Part shown: positions 57,275-64,000 of the stretch, piece after piece
How the letters are laid out: each line of letters begins with the position of its first letter
Numbering within the stretch: position 1 is the first letter of the stretch
Source of the DNA: Yuukianura sp. NJ FZ-2021
Taxonomy: Eukaryota
Length of the DNA: 64,000 bases
Direction of reading: 5' to 3'
NCBI GenBank assembly: GCA_046563655.1
Contig: CM102285.1
Span: 3,038,001-3,102,000 of the forward strand
Translations under genes and position numbers: made by a program
Notes under the pieces: model-generated
The model's database searches: none
The model's input: only the letters and a program-made list of their open reading frames with translations
Told to the model about the DNA's origin: nothing

Positions 57275-57715
57275 ATGAAGAAGCCTGTCACACTTTTGAT
57301 TATATCAATTGTGCTTTCCTTGACATGGTGGACCTCCACAGGACAGAGCTACGGAGACTACTGTCCAACTCAATTGGGGTTCAGTAGTACCGGATGTCGC
57401 CAGGATTCGGGTCTGATTTGTCGCAACGGTTTCTGCGACTGTCTTTACTCGTGGATGGTCTTCCGAACAGAGGAAGCTAAATGCTTCTCAACGGTGGGAA
57501 GAACTTGTAAGGTTTTGGAGGGTTCTGGAGGATGCGTCGAAAATTCTTCATGCGACAACCATCGTGACCTCTGCATTTGTGATCCAGGATACATCCAAGT
57601 CTCTGGTCGTACTTGCACCGATCCATTGGCAAATACTGGAATTAGCTTTCCTATCATTTGTTGCAAGGAGAGTTGGAAGCAACGCGAGTCCAATTTTACT
57701 GTTTCTAGGCCCTAA
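57275..57715 (+). CDS. Small secreted EB-type Cys-rich protein
   Basis: Signal peptide MKKPVTLLIISIVLSLTWWTSTG; YGDYC..LICRNGFCDC..CVENSSC..CICDPGY. Confidence 0.8.
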   Translation: MKKPVTLLIISIVLSLTWWTSTGQSYGDYCPTQLGFSSTGCRQDSGLICRNGFCDCLYSWMVFRTEEAKCFSTVGRTCKVLEGSGGCVENSSCDNHRDLCICDPGYIQVSGRTCTDPLANTGISFPIICCKESWKQRESNFTVSRP

Positions 57716-58183
57716 GTTACTATTTGGCTAGTTGTATATCTCGTCACAAATGGTAAAAATGAACGTTCAAAAGTTCGTTTTTTTCAAATGGAAAAAAATT
57801 TAAATTAATTTTTTTGGGAAGTATAAAATAGTATAGAGAAAGCATACTTTCTCTTCGGCATTACTTTCAAATGTTTGGAAATACCGTTGGCCCGAGTAAA
57901 TTGTGTTGATTAAAATTTTTGTTTACTAATTGATGTTTGACTTAAAACATCGTTAACACTAATAAATTTTAAAACAACTACAACCAACATATGCGTTTAA
58001 AGATTTTATTGTGATCTGTGGAAGCTTAAACTAGAATACTTTAACTTTCTATATAGTCTTGCATTCGTATTTAACAAATTTCTTCACAAACAAACCCTTC
58101 TTTTAGAACTGCTTTTAGCTTTTTTAACAAACTAAAGTTTTATTTTACTTTTCGAAATTGAAATTTTGTTGTCTAAACCTTGA

Positions 58184-58555
58184 TTAAGTTGAAGTACAAC
58201 AAACCATGTTAGTAGTATCACTACCTGAGTTTGCGCAGGACGGACCTGCAATTTCGTAGAATCCATCAGCGCATTTGCAAATTAAGTTACTTCCATCTCC
58301 AGTTGTGTCGACACATGCTGAATTCTGGGCACATGCCAAATCTCCGTCAATTGTACAAGCTTGACTTGCAGCGATCGTACAAGCGGAGTTATCTATGCTA
58401 GGAACAGTGTTTGGAAGTGAGCATGCGCATTGAGTGTTGAGGCATTCGAAATTTTGGTTGTTGCAGTCCGCATCATTTACACACGAGTCGCCAATACTTT
58501 GACATTGACAATGCAGACACCCGAAAAGAACCAGAATTGTAAGTGGAAGAATCAT
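58184..58555 (-). CDS. Small secreted EB-type Cys-rich protein
   Basis: Signal peptide; IGDSCVNDADC..FECLNTQCAC..CAQNSAC..CKCADGF; single exon. Confidence 0.82.
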   Translation of the reverse strand: MILPLTILVLFGCLHCQCQSIGDSCVNDADCNNQNFECLNTQCACSLPNTVPSIDNSACTIAASQACTIDGDLACAQNSACVDTTGDGSNLICKCADGFYEIAGPSCANSGSDTTNMVCCTST

Positions 58556-61500
58556 TGTGCATAATCTGAAAATTCAGAAAAAAAAAAGTTATAAAAAAGA
58601 AGGGGAAAATGAAGTTTTTTTTTGTCACTATGTCATGTTTCACGGTTCTTTCAAGATTTGCGAAACTTGATCTTCTCAGTTGCAATTGCTCATGCACAAA
58701 GTAGTGCTGAGCTTTGACCTGTCAGAATTGTAATTACATACCATAGGCACCGGCAACTCCACTTCTTATTTAGTTACCTTTGCAAAGTCACGTCCAAATA
58801 GTTTGCGGAGCGTTTCGCGAGTTTCTTAAAAAATCTCCTTGGATGTTTGTTTTGTATTTCATAACTGAAACTTTAGATTTTTTTGCAGTTAAGTATGAGT
58901 TCTTGTTGGCCAATTTAGAGTGAAAAAGTAGCAATTTGACATCATTAGACAAGGTAGTCATTTCCAAGGTGACTCACCAATTAGCGTAGTTTTACGACTA
59001 AAGCGGCTTTTAGTCTTCGTTGAAGTTCCGGCTTTTCCAAGAATATGTTAATTAGCATAACTTTTTAAAATTCACTTGGCACAATTTCAAGTTTCTTTTG
59101 TCATTCATCTCAGAACTTCCATGCAACTATAAACACGAGACATGTTTTCTCTAGATTGTTAGCATCTTAGAATTTTGAAATTCACACCTCTGTATCCTTG
59201 TTCACATTAGCACCTCGCTGAGCAGGAGCGATATTTAAACAAAGAAGCCTCAAATTTTGCCAAAATTTGTTTACTTGTTACAAAAAGAAAAGTTTAAAAA
59301 CAACCAGAAACATGAAGTTGTAGACTGCAATTTGTGGTTTTTGATTGTTCCAATTTTAAAAGTTAATTTTAGCTTGGCATAGAATTTGAAGACGATTGAT
59401 TTCCATGTTGTTGAACTTTTTCTGTACACTTTGAAAAGGATTTTATGAGCGTCAACCGCAAATGCTCGAAATTTCAGAATTTCTTAAACGAACAAGGCCT
59501 CTTTCCAAAAATAGTCCAGTCACGATCAATTCTAACTCTTCATTCAGACAGTAGATTTGACTTAATAAAATTCGTGAACGTTTACAGCTTAGCATAAAAC
59601 AGCAGCAATGTTTGAAAGTCCCTCTACATCCTTCAAAGTTCAAAATTTAAATTCAGTCTGTTTCTTTTCATAACCTATTGCAATGTCTGTCATTGTTCCC
59701 AAAAGCACAAAGTTTAACATTGAAACCAAATATGCTAAAAACACTACAAAGGCCAAGTAATGTGAGACTGCTATGATACAGAAAATACCATTCCAAGTAA
59801 CAAACAACTTGAATTTACATATTTTTTGACCTTCTGAAATTCAGTTTTTCCCAAAACATGCGAACGTTTTTTTTTCGAAATGAAACTTCTCAAACATAAC
59901 GCACGAAATTATCTGTTTCTAGTTTAGTTCACTGTCCTCTGGAAAAACTGGCCTTTTGTGCACTTAACCCTTGCGATAATCCCAAAATAGCCAAAGTTCA
60001 AACGCATCCATACGCTTTTCACTCAAGTTCATCTTGAACGACATGCACAAACAGCACACACAGTATTCAAATCCTCCACCAACCATGCTTTGTACATGAA
60101 AAAATTTAAGTAGTAAAACCAATGCGATGACTATAAAGTCACGTTAGGCAGAAAACAGAAGAGACTTAAGACAAGAAGTCATCCTTCTTCCCTCGTGGCA
60201 TCTCTGATTATGCTACTGACACGCACGTCACTTGAGAAAAAAATACACGGGAGCGGCTTTTCATGTTACAAGAGTCACAGAAGTTGTACAGGCTGATTCA
60301 CGATTTCAAAGAACAAAAAATCACCAAATTTCCAGTTTCTTTTGGCATGATGATTGATGAGAATTTAAAATTTTGAACAATGTTGTACATAATTATTTCT
60401 GGAAAAAATAAAGCGTGAGAGTCGGTTAAATTGGTATGAGGTCGAATGCATTTTACGAAATGGGCAAAGAATAGACTAGTTTAAATTGTTATGAGAAGCA
60501 GATGTGGCGCAGGCGAGGGAACGCTTTCAATTTACTACAAAAAATTGAACAAAAATTGTACAAAAACTGCTTTCATATTGCTAAAAGTTCCAGTTTTTCT
60601 TTTTCGTCTTGAATGTTCAACCTCTTCCACATATCTCCTTCGTCTGGTCTTGTTTAACAGCTTTTTAGTGATAGAAACCCAAAAGTTCTACAGCAACTCC
60701 TCAATTGCATCTTGGGCTTTTGTGTGTGAAGTGTAAAACAAAGTCAATCTTCCAGTTGTATGGGATGATAATTGTGTAGAAGAGGCTTGGAGGGAAAGTG
60801 GGTTTACATAAGTAAGTGGCAACTGTTAGTTTTGTATCTGCATCGTCATTATCATTCCCTTGAGTCATTAAACTCCTTTACTACTCAAAGTCGAGTTCCT
60901 TGTTTTGTGCCGCGCGGAGACAACTTCATTCCACATACGCAGTTTCTAAGTTTTTCAAAAAGGAAAGAGAAAAGAAGTTCAAAAGTGCACGCACAGTGAC
61001 AAGAAACGGAGACTCTGCTTTCGGCTTTTTGTCAAAAAAAATCACTCCCGTCTTTTTCCAGTTTTTCAATTTAGTTTTCAACGAATTTTGTACAAAAAAT
61101 TACAACCCAAGCGAAACGTCAAACACCAAATTTCAAACTGCAACTAAATTTGGAGACTCCAAATAGCGATGACGCAAGGTTTTGCGGGAGGAGAAAATTG
61201 AAACCCCGCAGCATTAATTTGAAACGAAAAATTGAACTTTGAAACATTGTTTTTGAAAAATCAAAACTCTGCAACATTTGAGAAAAATTGAAAGTTGGAA
61301 AGCTATTTTTGAAGTAATTCGAGAAGATTGACTGACGCATTCATTTTTGCTCTGAACGAAGTTGGGCCAACGCCGAAAGAAGTCGTCATTTGTTTTCTTC
61401 AAAAAATCAATTCAAGTAAGTGTGCAAAAATAAATGCGTCATAAAAACATGCTGATTAATAAATTTTTGCATCATCCAAAATTGGCACTGGTCCTCATTA

Positions 61501-63242
61501 ATACAAATGCCAAGTGTGAAAAGTCACACCAGTTTTGAGGAAAACCTTATCTATTATATTAGTCTTAACCTAACACTTTGCACGCTTGTCATTACATCCT
61601 GTGGAGCAATTATAAAACAAAGTGAACATTAAAACATAATGCCTTTTTGGTAGATTACTTTAGTAGCAACTGAAGTATTTTCATTGTTCTCTAAAGTTTC
61701 CAATGCGTCAAGAAAGTTAAGTTTTAACTTTTTCGGTTTAACAAGTTAATTAGCGCTGTTTCTCTCAAAGTTCAAGTTGGTGACGTAGTGTTGATTTTGA
61801 AAAGTTGAAGTTTGTGGTTAATTTTGGTAGTTGACTTGGTTAAGGCGTAAACCGGAGGGGAAGCATGTGGAATTGAGAACTTTCTAGGGAAAAGGAACTG
61901 TTTCTATTTTTTTCTGAGAGTTGAAAGGCCGGACGGAACCAATTTTTGGTTGAAGTCAAAAAAAATCCCAACGACATAAGTTGGAAGTGTGCAGGAAAAG
62001 TTTAGTTTGTTGTTTCTAAGAATCTGAAAGTGCGTTTTTGTTTTTCAACAAAATAGTTCAACTGCAATTGTTCAAATTTTACGCATTCTTCACACGTAAG
62101 TTTTTAGTCTCCCTTTATCTCTATTACATTACATTCGAATGATGTCTTTTATGCAGTTGTACAAAAATTGATTAAATTTTTTGTCTCAGGAATTTTTTGT
62201 CAAGAACAAAAAAAAACTTTTATCAAAGAACTCGTTTTTTCTTCTGCATTATTCACGGAAGTAAAATCAAAATGGTTTATCACTTTTATTAAGTTGAAGA
62301 GGTGTTGTAAGTATCTTTACTTCGTTAATTACTGAAGTAGATTAAGTTTTTTTATGTTAGGTCTGGTTAGTTTTCTTAACGCTAGAAAATTAAGATTATT
62401 TAGTGAGATCATTCAGACGAAGTTGTATTTACTTAGCACCGCCCTTCATTTCATTTGACGCTTTCAAAGTGCCATTTAAAATTGAGATTCTCATGATCTC
62501 GTGTTTGCTTTTCACACTTACTCAATTTCTAGTCTGCTCAATGCCGTGTCTTTGTATGTGATTTTTGTTGCTCAATTGACTCTAAATTAAAAGAACACTC
62601 AAGAAAAGTATTAGCTGTGAAGTTTTGCTGGAAAAACAGCAGGCGGTATTCAACGGCACAGCATGGCGTGGAAGCTAACTGCTTTTAGTTCAAAAACAAT
62701 TAGCTCGAACGAGAATTGGTCGACGTAAATCGCTGTACATGACATAACTTAAAATTATTTTCCCATCAAAACTTATAACGGATGTGCAGATGCCAAGCTC
62801 TTTCAATTCTAACAATACAAATAACTGCCATGATGCAAGTTTAGTCGAAACAAAACTTACTTTAAATTTTTTGAAATTTTTGACGTGTGAAAGACGTACG
62901 ATATTAGATTAACGCAAGAGTTGAATGACTTTGTGAGTCGCAAACTTTTTGAAGTAGGTATTATATTCAAGTAAGTAAAATTTGTTTCATTTTTTGGTGA
63001 GTTTAGAAATAGCGTATAGACTTCTATTTGAACAAATTGCGTTTGAGGTAATGACTGTTGACGTGTTTTGCCTCCCTTTTCTTGAAAGTGCATTTGAAAA
63101 TCTCCCCCACCATTTGCCATAAATCATTTGACAGATCGCTTGAGCCTTCATTTTCTTGTTTATTTACTTGGCAGGGTTTCTCACACTTCCAGCTGGTGGA
63201 GCCAGCATAGTCCACTTTAAAGTGTCCTCGAGACTGCAGGGA

Positions 63243-63863
63243 ATGAAGCACTTTGGTCCACTTTCGTCTTCGATTGCCCCACTTGCCACATTGGTCTTCG
63301 TCTCTACCATTCTATGTCCATTTGTCACTGCCAAAATTGGGAAAATCGGTGACAGTTGCAAAAAGGACAAGGACTGTGACCAATCCAATTTCATCGGATG
63401 TGATCCTGTAACCAGAACGTGTAACTGCCCTGAAGCTCCCGGATTTCGCCTGTACTATTCCCCACTGCAAGGCAAATGTGTTAGCTACGTCGATGGAATT
63501 TGTACTTACACAGAAACGCCGCCACTCCCGATGATCAAATGCGTCGATAATGCTGTCTGCGTTCCTCTGCGCGATCCAACCGAACTGAACGGAAAGTGCG
63601 TTTGCAAAACCAATTATTATCGGACCAAGGCCAATCAATGTGCTAAGAATTTGCCAATTCCTACTGCAAATACGATTGGCGGTGGAGGGGGCATTGAGAC
63701 GCCACGCGGAAGCGGACACGGGACGTCAAAATCAGCGAGCACGCGAAATTCTCCAGAACCGTACCATTCCTATTCAACGGCTTCAGGCAGAGGGCAAGAA
63801 ACCAAAATTTTAGTTCCAGGACTTGTTTTAACTTTTGTTTTAAAAGTTTGGAAATGTGTTTAG
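63243..63863 (+). CDS. EB-type Cys-rich protein with Ser/Thr/Gly stalk and probable GPI or TM C-terminus
   Basis: Signal peptide; IGDSCKKDKDC..CNC..CVDNAVC..CVCKTNY; low-complexity spacer; hydrophobic tail ILVPGLVLTFVLKVW. Confidence 0.8.
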   Translation: MKHFGPLSSSIAPLATLVFVSTILCPFVTAKIGKIGDSCKKDKDCDQSNFIGCDPVTRTCNCPEAPGFRLYYSPLQGKCVSYVDGICTYTETPPLPMIKCVDNAVCVPLRDPTELNGKCVCKTNYYRTKANQCAKNLPIPTANTIGGGGGIETPRGSGHGTSKSASTRNSPEPYHSYSTASGRGQETKILVPGLVLTFVLKVWKCV

Positions 63864-64000
63864 AAATGTAAGAAAAAGAGAAAACCAAAATTTGAGAAAT
63901 CTTTGTGACTTAACTTGCACGTGGGGAGTAGAAGAGTGGTATTTAGCTTAAACTATTTTGAAACCAAATAGACTTTTGTAAAATTTTGAACTTGACGTTT

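Noticed and set aside
58700-63100. Short ORFs in the long AT-rich interval
   Set aside because: No motifs, signal peptides or consistent exon chain; probably intergenic DNA or 5' UTR introns.

Overview
AT-rich eukaryotic DNA with short GT-AG introns. It is most likely arthropod and plausibly a springtail-like soil hexapod; this is an inference from (TTAGG)n motifs, GR-like receptor arrays, EB-type Cys-rich proteins and fungal-looking laccases. Host genes: a secreted PGLYRP2-N-terminal-like/VWA-like protein, EB-type Cys-rich proteins, an ER-retained HEEL protein, a DNA/RNA non-specific nuclease, two tandem multicopper oxidases, two knottin-capped trypsin-family genes, a C2H2 zinc-finger gene, a Gly/Ser/Pro-rich secreted protein and three tandem chemoreceptor-like genes (one a pseudogene). 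Mobile DNA: a ~24-copy ~215-bp tandem array (9992-23020) containing a solo LTR and an intact Ty1/copia element, an intact BEL/Pao element, and several MITE/foldback elements. The standout is the copia element (12023-19440). Its single 2088-aa ORF has two tandem aspartic protease domains and continues in frame after RNase H into a class I fusion glycoprotein (env-like) layout: signal peptide, KR/F cleavage site, fusion peptide, heptad repeat, Cys-rich ectodomain and TM anchor. Its LTRs look identical. It is a candidate young, envelope-bearing, retrovirus-like copia element in an animal.
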